The position numbers were made by a program, and so were the translations under genes. 64,000 bases of DNA from Octopus vulgaris (taxonomy: Eukaryota). Shown here in pieces: positions 15,155 to 29,584 of the stretch (positions are counted from its first letter, which is position 1; every line of letters starts with the position of its first letter). The notes under the pieces are model-generated. The model searched no databases. It saw only the letters and a program-made list of their open reading frames with translations, and was not told where the DNA came from. Where the stretch lies: contig OX597832.1 of the NCBI GenBank assembly GCA_951406725.2, positions 23,746,001-23,810,000 of the forward strand. The letters are read 5' to 3'.

Positions 15155-15697
15155 TTGGGGGAGAGAGCCAGTAGAGTAGATTGACCCCAGTACACAACTG
15201 ATACTTAATTTATCGACCCCGAAAGGATGAAAGGCAAAATCGATCACGGTGGAATTTGAACTCAGAACGTAAAGATAGACGAAATACCTATTTCTATTTC
15301 TTTACTACCCACAAGGGGTTAAACACAGAAGGGACAAACAAGGACAGACAAACGGATTAAGTCGATTATATCGACCCCAGTGCGTAACTGGTACTTATTT
15401 AATTGACCCCGAAAGGATGAACGGCAAAGTTGACCTCGGCGGAATTTGAACTCAGAACGTAACAGCAGACGAAATACCTATTTCTTTACTACCCACAAGA
15501 GGCTAAACACAGAGAGGACAAACAAGGACAGACAAACAGATTAAGTCGATTACATCGACCCCAGTGCGTAATTTATCGACCCCGAAAGGATGAAAGGCAA
15601 AGTCAACCTCGGCGAAATTTGAACTCAGAACGTAACGGCAGACGAAATACGGCTCCGCATTTCGCCCGGCGTACTACCGTTTCTGCCAGCTCGCCGC
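15155..15697 (-). mobile_element. SINE A with one head and three tandem bodies
   Basis: Head at 15697; ~180-bp units joined at gacgaaatacctatttc. Confidence 0.85.
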
Positions 15698-16131
15698 TCA
15701 ACTCAGCTCTGCCTGTTCTACAGAAAACTTTAATACCAGGCTCTACAGCCAAGTTATTTCATGATTATTGGGAAGACAAATAGCATAAAAAAGACGTTTC
15801 CATGATTTTCATCGACAATAAAAAAAAAACAAGAATCTGGGAGTACAACTATATTCATTTCCTCTCAAAGATAAGATCAGAAAGGTCTTGCGATATCGAT
15901 CAATCAAGCCAAGTTATTAAGTTATTATCGGATTCGAATTTTAGCACAATGCCAGCAATATTAAGCGAGGAGTAAGTCGATTATATTGATTCCTGTGTTC
16001 AAACGTTGCTTTATTTTTTCGGCGTCGAAAGAATGAAGAGCAAATTTGACTCAGGGAAATTTGAAGCCAAACGTGAAGAAAGGCCGATAAGTGCTTTGTT
16101 CGACGCGCTAACAATTCTACTGATGCTGAGA

Positions 16132-16430
16132 TCCCCTTCGGTCGTGACGGACTGTGGGACTGCATCTAGAAAGTTACCCTCCCAGGCACAAGACCGGGCA
16201 AGGTTGTTTATGCATACCGGCCACCAGTGTTATCCAAGGGAAAGGCAAAGGGGCCGATACAGCTTGGCACCTGTGACATCGCAACTCGTTTCTACAGCTA
16301 AGTGAACTGGAGCAACGTGAAATAAAGGTGTCTTGCTCAAGAACACAACACGCAGCCCGGTCCGGGATTCGAACTCGCAACCTCACGATCGTGAGTTCGA
16401 CGCTCTAACCACTGAGCCATGCGCCTTCAC
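16132..16430 (-). mobile_element. SINE family C (tRNA-like head, CORE/V-like block ttgagcaagacac...ctccagttcact) with LINE-like tail
   Basis: Head gaaggcgcatggctcagtggttagagcgtcgaactcacgatcgtgaggttgcgagttcgaatccc. Same architecture at 19697-20045. Confidence 0.75.
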
Positions 16431-16805
16431 AAGGCGATTCTACTAGTAATCAAATATAACAGGGGGTTTTACGTCAGAGTATCCCTCTCCCAGAAGGACA
16501 CTATGAGAATAGTTAACCCCCACCACCACCACCGCGGCCACCCTGATCCCAATAGTTCTACAGCTGCTGGATAGCCATTGATTTTTCGTCTTCCAGGGTG
16601 TCAAATCAAAACCACCCTCTTTACCAGGCGGGCTTGGCAGGGTTACCGTTTCAGTCGCCTACGGCTGAGCATTTCTACAGGTTGTACTGGATTACTTGTT
16701 ACCAGGAGCACTAAGAGTGGCCAGGCATAATATTTACATACATACATACATACATACCTACATACATACATACATACATACATACATACATACATACAAA
16801 CATAC

Positions 16806-16880
16806 TTTCCTGCTGATGACAGCTTCGCCTAGTAAATTATTTTATTTGCTGAAGATTGCTTGAAACCATGGTACAGGAAA
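16806..16880 (+). ncRNA. Intact type I hammerhead ribozyme motif
   Basis: tttcctg-CTGATGA-cagc...gctt-GAAA-ccatgg-TA-caggaaa: 7-bp stem I, palindromic stem III, GUA cleavage triplet ending at 16873. Confidence 0.8.
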
Positions 16881-17437
16881 TAGAGGGTTAAATGTTTTTA
16901 TTTTTCATTCCCTTTCGAAATTACCTCTAATTGTGGCTTGGATTTTAACTACTCCTTCTAGCGGGTCAGATGTCCTGTTATGGCCACCTCTTATGTGTTT
17001 AAATGTACACTGTATTTTTATAGATACATACATATTGTTATGTAAAAAGAAGTACCCTACTCTAGTTATTAATTATTTTCCTCACAATGATAACCTTTCC
17101 CACCACCCCCTTGCATTCCTCAGAATTATTAACCCTTCGTATTCCGGGTTTAGCTAAATATTCCAGGTTTATTTTAAATAGCAACGAACCCAGTCGTTTA
17201 ACCTCCAGCTACTGAAAAGGCTTTCGTGGGCCTAATTTGCCTGTCAAACTCAATATTTCTAATTGCAGTTATTATATAGAATTATGTGATTTAACCACAG
17301 CATTTGCAACAGTAATCAAAAATTCCAGAGAGAACAAATACAAATTTGTTGAAACATTTTTATATTTCCTAATAATTTCTCCAGAATAATTCCGTTATTT
17401 ATGTGTTTTTGATTGAACGCAATTTTTACTAATTAAG

Positions 17438-18030
17438 ATGGCGAGCTGGCAGAATCGTTAAGTACGTAGGCCAAAATGCTTGATACCATTTCTTCCAGTT
17501 GTTTACGTTCTGAGGGTCGATAAAATAAAGTACCAGTCAATGACTGGGGTCGATGTATTTGACTAACCTCCTCCCTAAAATTGATGCCTTCGTAGCAAAA
17601 TCTAAAACCGTTATAAATGCGGTGAACTGACAGATTCGTTAGGGCGTGAGACAAAAATCTTTAACAGCATTTTTTCCCGCTCTTTACGTTTTGAATTCAA
17701 ATCCTGCTGTGGCCTACTTTGCTCTTCACCCCTTCGGGATCGATAAAATAAAGTACCAGTCCCTAAAATTGCTGCCTTCGTACCAAAATCTAAAACCATT
17801 ATAAATACGGTGAACTGACAGATTCGTTAGCGCGTCAGGCAAAAATGTTTAACAGCATTTTTTCCGGCTTTTTACGTTTTGAATTCAAATCCTGCTGGGT
17901 CCTACTTTGCTCTTCACCCCTTCGGGATCGATAAAATAAAGTACCAGTTAAGTACTGGTGTCGATGTAATCGACTTGCCTCCACCACTCCACCCGACCCC
18001 ATAATGCTCACAAAACTTCTGGCCTTGAAC
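17438..18030 (+). mobile_element. Three tandem diverged SINE A copies, including a ~188-bp local duplication
   Basis: 17574-17760 and 17762-17949 are near-identical. Confidence 0.7.
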
Positions 18031-18576
18031 TATGTAACGGATCGGCGTCGCGTTCAAGAAGAATGGGTGGGGATCGATGTGTTCCCAGTCACTTTTTTGC
18101 AAGGGAAACAGATTAACCGGTCTTATGACACCTTGGAATTAAGAAAAGAAAAAAAATTAATACCATTACACGAATTAATACCAAATATATTACTCTTTCA
18201 ATTAACTACTTAGACATCAAAGCAAGCAGTAAAATTGGGTCAAAAAGTATTTATTTTTGCAAACAGCCTGGGAATATTTTAAGGTTACCAATCAAAGAAT
18301 TTTTCAGAATGTGGACGGGCGACGTAGATTGATAGAATTGGAAAAGTGATGGACGAAATACGAAATACATTGCAGCATTTTTTCTGGGTTTTTTTCTCTC
18401 TATGTTTGTTCCCTCCTTGACAACCGGTATTGGTCTGTTTACATTCTCCTTGACAAAAGAAACAAATATAGTTAGTGCTGGAATTAATCAGTCCGGCTAA
18501 AAGCATTTTGCCCAGCGTATCTATAGAGAGAAATTATTAAGATTATATAGGACTGAGGTAACTCCTCCAAAAGTTA

Positions 18577-18696
18577 TAGAAGAGTGCCATGGTTATCATG
18601 TGAAATTAGTTGAACGATAATTAGTTGAAATTAGTTGAACGCTAGATGCCGAAATATCTTCAACTAATTTCACATGATAACTATGGCACTCTTCTA
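18577..18696. repeat. Foldback with 38-bp arms and a hammerhead 3' half
   Basis: tagaagagtgccatggttatcatgtgaaattagttgaa / ttcaactaatttcacatgataactatggcactcttcta; the loop holds cGAAA-ta-TC-ttcaac. Confidence 0.7.
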
Positions 18697-18834
18697 TTTT
18701 TTTAATTGCTGTATTATTATTATTATTGAGTGAGAGAGCAGTGCATGCCATCAAAGTGACACTGGGGTAAAATATACGAAGCCCAATATACCCATCATGA
18801 CTAGCCGTCTGATAAGGGTACACCAGGCACATGC

Positions 18835-18894
<60 letters not shown>

Positions 18895-18897
18895 CAT

Positions 18898-19318
18898 TGG
18901 TCAAAGTAAACAGCCTCCTTTGGAGCCGTTTGGCATCGCACGGTCGATCTGTCAGGGCTGCCCGCTGTCGCCTCTTCTATACGTATTGACACGCGAGCAC
19001 TGTTGCGGAAGTTGGAGCAACTAAGGGGCATCCCTTTCGAACTGGGACAAGGAAGGGCAGTGTCATCATACGCGGACGATGTCACCGTCATGGTGCCGGA
19101 CGTCTCTGAAGTGGAGACGGTCGGTACGATCCTAAAGGAACATGAGTCAGTTGCAGGGAGTAAAATCAACGCCGACAAATCGATTAGTTTGCGGTTGGGC
19201 TCCAGAAGAGGCAAGACGATGCCATCGGATGGCGTCGTCGGAATGGTGTCGTCGGACGCTGGACCGACGGACAAGTTAAAATTCCCGGGGTCTGGTTTGA
19301 TCATGACCTCCAGCGCCT
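18898..19318 (+). pseudogene. L1/Tx1-clade reverse transcriptase fragment
   Basis: RSICQGCPLSPLLY followed by a frameshift, then SSYADDVTV...GSKINADKS (RT motifs QG and YADD). Confidence 0.85.
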
Positions 19319-19433
19319 CCAACGTTACATAATATTTGGTAAAAAGTTTAATGACTTTCATTTATTAAAGACTCTTTATTCAGTTTAAAATATATTCATG
19401 GATTTTCCGATTATACACACACACATAAACATA

Positions 19434-19518
<85 letters not shown>

Positions 19519-19696
19519 TTAGATTTAAAATTCTGAAAACTGAAAAAATTGTACAAGATATCATATCAATTTGTTCAAGATATCATATCAGCCGTGAGAT
19601 AACTAACAAGTTTTTGTTACCGTTTTTGTTCTTCTTGTTGTTGCTGTCATTTTAATCAGCGCCATATTGAATGGACATTATTTAGCTATATATATA

Positions 19697-20045
19697 AAAG
19701 GTAAAGACCGTCCTCGGTCACGAATGACCTTGAGATTGCTCCTAGAATGTTCCCCTCCGAGGCACAAGCCCGGGCAGGGTTGTTTGTGGGAGACCAGCAG
19801 TCACCCATGCAAACCAGTGTTCCGTCTCCACGCCACCGCTGTTGTCCAAAGGGAAGGCAAAGGCCGGTACAGCTAGGACCAGTAACCTCACAACTCATTT
19901 CTATAATTGAGTGAACTGGAGCAAGGTGCAAAGAAGTGTCTTGCTCAAGAACTCAACGCATTGCTCACTGCACGGACTGGGAATCAAACCCACAACCTTA
20001 GGAGTGTAAGCCCAGTGTTCTAACCACTGAGCCATGGGCCTTCAC
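19697..20045 (-). mobile_element. SINE C with LINE-like tail
   Basis: Homologous to 16132-16430. Confidence 0.7.
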
Positions 20046-20050
20046 ATAAC

Positions 20051-20140
<90 letters not shown>

Positions 20141-20142
20141 GT

Positions 20143-20201
20143 GTGGTGATACAGTGGAAGCATGCTAGGACCATAACCCAGGGGTCCCTAGATCGAAACC
20201 A
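20143..20201 (+). pseudogene. Initiator tRNA-Met-derived pseudogene fragment
   Basis: cagtggaagcatgctaggacCATaacccaggggtccctagatcgaaacc resembles eukaryotic tRNAi-Met (CAT anticodon, diagnostic GATCGAAAC T-loop). Acceptor stem is lost. Confidence 0.7.
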
Positions 20202-20773
20202 GTAATTTTTTTTTTTACTTTTCAAGGCAGTGCTCCAGCATGATCCATAGCTCGAAACTAGTAAGTTTGTTTTTTTTTACTTTTCAAGGCAGTGCTCCAG
20301 CATGGCCGCAGTTAAATGACTAAAGCAAGTAAAAGGACGAAGGAAAAAAAATCATATATGAAGCATTGTAAAAATAATGGAAGCAAAACGCTGTTTTGAA
20401 TATCTCGGAAATGAAGAAATATTAGATTCAGATTCTGAAAACTGAATAAATTGTATATCGTACCAGGTATGAGATAACAGTAGCAAGTTTGTGTTGCCGT
20501 TGTTATTGTTGTTGCTGCTGTCTTTTTAATCAGCGCCATATTGAATCGACATCAACACATTATTTTTATATTTTCTGCTGTTGTAGGTGTTGGCGATTTT
20601 ATTTCAATACATACATACATTCATACATACATATATATGTATATATATATATATATATATATAATTTATATATATATAATTTATATATATATATTTAATT
20701 ATGTAATTTTTATAAATATATATATATTCAATTGTATAATTTATATATATGTATTTAATTTTATAATTTTAAC

Positions 20774-20824
<51 letters not shown>

Positions 20825-20876
20825 TATATTATCTTTATATGTATATATATATTTAATTATATAATTTTCATATGCT

Positions 20877-20932
<56 letters not shown>

Positions 20933-21425
20933 CATATATATATATTAACGAAAATATGAGAGTAATTATATCAGTATTATGTTTAATATCGTAAGACAAT
21001 AGATAAGGGAATTTTAAAAAAGAAAATGTAATTTCTGTACGTAAAAATTACAACTGCTTGACGAAAATTGCCTTTAAATAAAGGATTTATAATTTTTTCT
21101 CTTTTTTAATATGTCGTATTTCGAAGTTTAAAAAATATCTTAGATGCTCGGGAAACCTGTTAGCTGAATCATTAGCGCAAAGCCGTATTTCTTCCTATTC
21201 TTTACATCCCTCCGCCACCAAATTATTTTTTCGATATCCGTGGTATTGTGCATCGAGAATTCGCACACACACCCCGCCCCGTGCTAGACCGACAGTCGAG
21301 GGTTTTACTGCGACGTTTTGGAACTTTAAGAGAGGACATTCGGTGAAAGTAACCGGATCTATGGAACGCGATGAATTAGATTCTTCACGATGACAATGCA
21401 CCATGTCACCGAGATCCCCTCACTT

Positions 21426-21815
21426 TTATTATTCTTTTATTCTTTTACTTGTTTCAGTCATTTGACTGCGGCCATGCTGGAGCACCGCCTTTAGTCGAGC
21501 AAATCGACCCCAGGACTTATTGTTTGTAAGCTTAGTACTTATTGTATCTGGCTCGTTTGCCGAACCACTAAGTTACGGGGACGTAAACACAGCAGCATCG
21601 GTTGTCAAGCGATGTTGTGGGGACAAGCACAAACACAGAAACATATACACACACATATATATGACGGGCTTCTTTCAGTTTCCGTCTACCAAATCCACTC
21701 ATAAGGCTTTGGTCGGCCCGAGGCTATAGTAGAAGACACTTTGCCCAAGGTGTCACGCAGTGGGACTGAACCCAGAACCATGTGGTTGGTAAGCAAGCTA
21801 CTTACCACACAGCAA
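21426..21815 (-). mobile_element. SINE family B
   Basis: Head gtggctgtgtggtaagtagcttgc...ggttcagtcccactgcg; tail ggcggtgctccagcatggccgcagtcaaatgactgaaacaagtaaaaga. Confidence 0.85.
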
Positions 21816-22109
21816 CTTCCACTTGTAAATTTCTCGCCAAAAACAACATGGTATCACTTCCGTACCCGCCCTATTCGCCAGATTTAGCATATGCAGACTT
21901 CTATCTTTCCCCTAAGAAAAAAAGGCATCTCAAAGGTCGCCTTTTTACCACCGTTGTCGAGATCCAGAGCGAATTGCAGAAGGTCTTTGACTCGCTTAGG
22001 TAAAACAACGTCCAGACCAGGTTCCAAAATTGGCAGGAACGCTGACACCGGTGTATTGCTGCGCAAGGTGACTATTTCGAAGGAGATTACGTTAATACTT
22101 AGGTAAATA

Positions 22110-22659
<550 letters not shown>

Positions 22660-24040
22660 GTAAATAAGTTATTTTTTATTAAACATAACTGTCCGGTAAA
22701 TTTTTGATACCACCTAGCATACAGAAATGGCTGGTTTACAAAATAAAATAAAAAAAGAAATAGAATAACTGGAACAATATCAAGATTTTAAGTGAATCGG
22801 ATTCTACTTAGCTTCATTTTGATTTTTCTATCCGATTTTATCTTTGTCAAAATTAACGTAGGTGCGGGTATAGTTGTGTGGTTGAGTAGACGCAGGCATA
22901 GATGTATGGTTGATGGGGGTAGAAAAAAATGCGCAAAACATAATAAATAAATCATAGATTATTAATTAAAGACAGATAGCTAGAGAGAGAGAGAGAGAGA
23001 AAAAAAAAGAGAGGTGGAGAGACAGACAGACAGAGAAATCCCATTGCTGCAGTCTCATTCATCGTATGACTTTATCTATCTCCTTTAAAAGAGATTACCA
23101 CTAGACCGTATTATATTGTTCAGGTAACAATGTTGAAGATGTCGACTGTAATTCTTAAAGAGGCCAAACAAAAATCACTGTTATCACGTATATTTCGACT
23201 TACGATATTTTTTGGCTATCTTGGTCCAAAGACAAAAAAACACAACCGCCATTATTATTGGTATTGTCCGTTTCTGTAAAGATAAAATAAAATATATATT
23301 TCTTTTTTAAATAAAGAAACAGGGGAAAAGAGAAGACGTTGCTGCTGTCCATTTGTATAGAATCTATCTAAATCATATTATTTCTATAAGATTTCACTCA
23401 GCAGCCATTTTATTATTCTTTTTTTATCTTTTGCTTGTTTAAATCACTCGACTGCGGCCATGCTGGGACATTACGTTGAAGAGTTTTAGTCGAACGAATC
23501 GAACCGGTGCATTTTTTTAAAACTCTGGTATAATGACGTAAACAAACCAACACCGGGTGTCAAACGGTGGTAGATGGGACTAACACATACACAAGGACAC
23601 ACACACACACATACATACACACATATATACATCCATACATACACACACGCACACATACATTCATACATGCATACATACATACATTCATACAAACATACAT
23701 ACATACATACACGCACAAACACACACAATCATCCATACATACATACACACATACATACATTAATACATACATACATACACACACACATATATACATACAC
23801 ACATACATACATACATACATACACACATACATACATCCATACATACACGCGCACATACATACATACATACATACATACATACATACATACATACATACAT
23901 ACATACATACATACATACATACGTTGTTGGAATTCCAACGAAGGAGCCTTGGATCTAAGTTAGAAACCAATTCTTTCTCTTTTGGCAAGAAATTTTGAAA
24001 TAAAACTAAATAATGACATGCATACAAATACATAACAATT

Positions 24041-24264
24041 ACAGCGTGGAAGGTGTTTATAAGTCATTTACAAAACATTAGAAAACTGTTAGATTCACTT
24101 CAATATTTAAATTTAATTAAATGATGCAGCACAAAATTTTGTCAGTGAACAGGTCGCGGTTTCAAAGCGCCGAAAATATTTTGACACAAATTAAATTTAA
24201 ATATTGAAGTGAATTTAATGGGTTTTGTATGCTTTTAAATGACTTATAGACATCTTCCACGCTG
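24041..24264. mobile_element. Foldback pLTR-type element (~75-bp arms) enclosing a hammerhead
   Basis: cagcgtggaaggtgtttataagtcattta...aatatttaaatttaat is inverted at 24189-24264. Confidence 0.75.
24140..24186 (+). ncRNA. Hammerhead motif with G3-C8 swapped core
   Basis: tgtca-GTGAACA-ggtcgc ggtttcaaa gcgcc-GAAA-atat-TT-tgaca: 5-bp stem I, palindromic AATATT stem III. Confidence 0.65.
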
Positions 24265-24293
24265 CAACTCTATGCAAGTACATCTCCGTAAAT

Positions 24294-24328
<35 letters not shown>

Positions 24329-24341
24329 TGTCATATATGTG

Positions 24342-24372
<31 letters not shown>

Positions 24373-24401
24373 GTATATATATATACATACACATATATAT
24401 A

Positions 24402-24799
<398 letters not shown>

Positions 24800-25400
24800 G
24801 TATTTGTTTTCGTTATATATCGAGCAATTAAGTTCAGCTGCAGACAATATAGAAGCTACCTCAGTTATTAAGCGTTAGTCAAAATATATTTCTTGCTCTC
24901 GTGTCTATATATTTATATACACATACATTCATACATGTACAAACATACAATCGACCACAGGCTTACATAAGCATTGACACATACGTACACATATAGATAC
25001 ATACATACTACCATACATACATACATACATACATACATACATACATACATACATACATACATACATGCATAAATATGTATATATGTGCACATATTTATAT
25101 GTATATCTATATATGTGTGTATGGATATATGTACATGTTTTTCGATATGCATATATATATGTGCGTGTAGATATGTATAACCTTATGTATGTATATATAT
25201 ATATATATATATATGCGTGTAGATATGTATAACCATATGTATGTGTGTGTATATATATTTATATATACACTCACATACACACATATGTATAAGTGTGTAT
25301 GCATGTGTGTATATACATTATGTCTGTCTGTATGTATGTATGTATGTATGTATGTATGTATGTATGTATGTATGTATATATGTATGTATATATATATTTA

Positions 25401-25488
<88 letters not shown>

Positions 25489-25892
25489 CATACATACACA
25501 CACACACACATTCGTGTATAAGAAACTCTTCAGAAAGCATTAATTTATTACTATAGAAGAACTGGTTTTTCTTTTATATTGCGAATCCAAAATGAAAGCA
25601 TGGACGACGGGACACAGCCTTATATTGCCAAGCAAGCCGTTCGCCAGCAACGTTACCGTATTTCTAATTTCATTGTTACACTCTCGCTGTCAGACTGTCC
25701 TGACGCTGCTTTTGTTTGTACCATTGTTCTGCAGACCGCTGTTAAATTAATTCCACGGTCGCAGCTACCTTTGTTCTCATACTTTCTGCTTCGTCTTCTG
25801 TTGCTCTCTTACGACAGCAATAATTCAGCCAATCATAAGTCTTTTACACACACAGATATACAAAATGAGACATATACTGCGGTATAATTATA

Positions 25893-26108
25893 CGAGGGTA
25901 TGCAGAAAAGTTCCCGGGTTTGGGTAAAAGACAACACTGAAGGATCGGTTAATTATGATTTTTTTCAACATATTTCCCTCTCAAATCACACCCTTATTGC
26001 AGTGGTCCTTCAGTTTTTCTAAGCTCTGTAAAATAACTCGGAAAGTTGAGCCTCCAGCCAGGCCCTTCATGATACCCTTAAAGTCAGGAACTTTTTAGCA
26101 TTTCATAT
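25893..26108. mobile_element. mariner-type MITE
   Basis: TA-cgagggtatgcagaaaagttcc ... ggaactttttagcat imperfect TIRs. Second copy at 50254-50864. Confidence 0.7.
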
Positions 26109-26410
26109 ATGCCTACACGCGTGCGCGTGTGTGTGTATGTATGCACGTGTGTGTGTACTACGCCCCATCAGTCATCAGTAGGAAACCAACTACCACGTTG
26201 ATTTTGTAAGGTAAACATGTGAACTTTCAGAAAAGACATCATGAAGGATAAATATAATTTAGACTATTCCTTTTTACTTTCCTTTCTATTTCAGAAGGAC
26301 TAGATCGTCTTTTAAAGGAATTGAAACCGGTAGCATGCTTTGATATGCCTTCTTTTATCTTTGATGAAGTCCTCAATACATTTTTCTTATTCCTTACATG
26401 CATATGTGTT

Positions 26411-26597
26411 GTTTGTGTGTGTGTGTCCCTGTGTTTGTGTGTGTGTGTCCCTGTGTTTGTGTGTGTGTGTCCCTGTGTTTGTGTGTGTGTGTCCCTGTGT
26501 TTGTGTGTGTGTGTCCCTGTGTTTGTGTGTGTGTGTCCCTGTGTTTGTGTGTGTGTGTCCCTGTGTTTGTGTGTGTGTGTCCCTGTGTTTGTGTGTT

Positions 26598-26606
<9 letters not shown>
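26411..26606. repeat. 22-bp minisatellite (gtgtttgtgtgtgtgtgtccct)n, ~8 units
   Basis: Direct inspection. Confidence 0.9.
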
Positions 26607-26641
<35 letters not shown>

Positions 26642-26879
26642 TGTGTGTGTGTGTGCGTGTCAGTGTGAACAACAACAGAGGGTAATTAAACAAGATTAAC
26701 TGATTTAAATTGTATCCTATAATTTCCTTAAGAAAGCCAATAAACATACCAGTTATTGTTTGCCTATATTTCACTTCTTTCCATTCATGTGCTAATATAT
26801 ATATATATATGCACACACATACATATATATATATATATATAAATGTATGTATATACATGGATATATATGTATGTATGTA

Positions 26880-27170
26880 TGCAGATTTGTATGCTTTGTT
26901 TTATGTATGTATTCTGATGCATATATTTGAATATCTAGAAATGCTCATATTTACTTAAATGATAAACTTCTGGAAAGTTATAAAGATTTTTTACAGTTCT
27001 AGTGATGGATTGGATCTGTTGTCTTCGAATCAGCTTTCTCCTTTCTGGTATTGAGAATCCTAATTTCTCAAGATTGGTATTTAAGCAGTGTGTTATATAT
27101 ATCCCAGTGCCCCAATAATTACAGGTATAAATCTGAACTTATGATCTGGATAGAGTAGCTGTAGATTCCT
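26880..27170 (-). mobile_element. 3' end of an REL-endonuclease non-LTR element embedded in (CATA)n
   Basis: Minus strand RNLQLLYPDHKFRFIPVIIG/ALG.ITHCLNTNLEKLGFS...IQSITRTVK; the IPVIIGALG motif parallels IPIIVGALG in the Dong ORF. (TATG)n on both sides. Confidence 0.65.
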
Positions 27171-27390
27171 CTACGTTTGTATGTATGTATGTATGTATGT
27201 ATGTATGTATGTATGTATGTATGTATGTATGTATGTATGTATAAGACAGAGATATAACATCATCTGCGTTTGGATATGTGTGTTTTTATATGTGTATATA
27301 CATATGAACATATCCTTATATCCCTCGGGTGGGGTTTGGACTCAGAACGTAAAAAGTTGGAAGCAATATCGCTCTAAGAGATCTTCTAAT

Positions 27391-28158
27391 AATCCTTTCT
27401 ATTATAGGCACAAGGCCTGAAATTTGGGGGAGGAGGTTAGTTGATCACATCGACCCCAGTGCGTAACTGGTACTTAATTTATCGACCCTGAAAGGATGAA
27501 AGGCAAAGTCGACCTTGGCGGAATTTGAACTCAGAACGTAACGGCAGACGAAATACCTATTTCTTTACTACCCACAAGGGACTAAACACAGAGAGGACAA
27601 ACAAGGACAGACAAACGGATCAAGTCGATGATATCGACCCCAGTGCGTAACTGATATTTATTTAATCGACCCCGAAAAGATGAAAGGCAAAGTCGACCTC
27701 AGCGGAATTTGAACTCAGAACGTAACAGCAGACGAAATACCTATTTCTTTACTACCCACAAGGGGCTAAACACAGAGGGGACAAACAAGGACAAACAAAT
27801 GGATTAAGTCGATTATATCGACCCCAGTGCGTAACTGGTATTTATTTAATCGACCCCGAAAGGATGAAAGGCAAAGTCGACCTCAGCGGAATTTGAACTC
27901 AGAACGTAACGGCAGACGAAATACCTATTTCTTTACTACCCACAAGGGACTAAACACAGAGGGGACAAACAAGGACAGACAAACGGATCAAGTCGATGAT
28001 ATCGACCCCAGTGCGTAACTGGTATTTATTTAATCGACCCCGAAAGGATGAAAGGCAAAGTCGACCTCAGCGGAATTTGAACTCAGAACGTAGAGACGGG
28101 CGAAATTCCGCTAAGCATTTCGTCCGGCGTGCTAACAATTCTGCCAGCTCGCCACCTT
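27391..28158 (-). mobile_element. SINE A with one head and four tandem bodies
   Basis: ~183-bp units, e.g. junctions gacgaaatacctatttc at ~27547, ~27731, ~27915. Confidence 0.85.
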
Positions 28159-28676
28159 AAGAAATCTCCTTATGAGATTATTAATTTGGATTTTAGATCA
28201 CTTGCCAAACAGTGACTAATTATCAATATTTGTTTCATTAATTGCTGGTAATAGTTATATCAATGATTCATGTATTTGAAAGTATTATGCAAATAATTAT
28301 TACTTTTCTGTTTTCACTTAATTAAATATTTTCCAAATGTCAACCTTTTACAAACTGCAATGTGATATTTGTAACGTGATGTCTCTAAACATTGCAATGA
28401 CTTGCTTGGAGCAGTTTATTAGACCGTGTTTGTAATTAGTATTGTTTGCATTGAATACACAAACGACATTTATTAATATATTATTCAGAACAAAATAAAC
28501 ATTTTGTTTTTGTATTTTGGTTTTGTAAGATTTTTGATGTGAACTCCTGTGTTGAAGCACAGTTTAGTGTATTTCGGAAGGCTGAAGGCATTAAGCTAAT
28601 AATATACAAAAGCACTGGTTCAATTTCATTTATTATTATTCGCCCTCGTGGCAAATAAGTGAAATCGTTATTATTA

Positions 28677-28753
<77 letters not shown>

Positions 28754-28756
<3 letters not shown>

Positions 28757-29443
28757 TAGTTTTATTTTTATAGCGTGCTTTCACTTCACTGCCGAGCACA
28801 GCTCTGTGTGCCTTGGGTATGTGCTGTGATTTGTTGTGATGCTCTGATGGTTATTGTATGGAAAGTGTTCTGCGTAGGATGTGTGCAGTGCCTAGTAGTG
28901 CAATTTTCTGTATGTTATATGTGTTTGTAAGTCCTGGTGTTTTTGTTATGTATTTGTCTGAATATTTTTTTATCATGCCTAATGCACCTACTATGATAGG
29001 AATTGTTTCTGTTTTCAGATTCCACATTCTAGTTACCTCTATTTCCAGGTCTTTGTATTTTGAGAGTTTCTCCATTTCTTTTAGAGACACGTTGTCATCT
29101 GCCGGTATTGATACATCAATTAGAAAGCATTTTTTTTCTTCATGATCTCTGACAACTATATCTGGTCTGTTGGCCTTAATTTCTCTATCTGTGTGTATCG
29201 GCATATCCCAGAGTATGGTTGCTTTCTCGTTTTCTGTGACCTTTTCTGCTGTGTGCCTATACCATCTTTTTTCTGTTGTTATTCCATAATGTTGGCATAG
29301 CTTCCAATGTATGTAGGTTCCAACTCTGTCATGTCTGTGAATATATTCCTTCTTAGCCAGGACTGGGCAGCTAGAGATAATATGATTTATTGTTTCTTGT
29401 CCATCTCCACATATTCTGCAGTTACTTGTAATATTTCTTTTCA
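28754..29443 (-). mobile_element. Young 5'-truncated R4/Dong-like non-LTR retrotransposon (CCHC zinc knuckle + PD-(D/E)xK REL endonuclease, 3'UTR) inside (TAA)n
   Basis: Uninterrupted 197-aa ORF 28851-29444: CRIC...HIISSC, RHDRVG, RPDIV, LIDVSIP, KLSKYKDL, IPIIVGALG. Flanked by (TAT)n at 28668-28753 and 29444-29865. Confidence 0.92.
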
Positions 29444-29463
29444 TATTATTATTATTATTATTA

Positions 29464-29497
<34 letters not shown>

Positions 29498-29517
29498 CAT
29501 TATTATCATTATTATTA

Positions 29518-29584
<67 letters not shown>

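Noticed and set aside
16350-16430. Functional tRNA genes at SINE C/D heads
   Set aside because: A and B boxes are present, but there is no complete cloverleaf and each continues into a SINE body.
26295-26335. Micro-exon candidate (tttcag|AAGGACTAG...) and other isolated splice-like sites (9900, 49758, 62424)
   Set aside because: No consistent partner exons or recognisable product.
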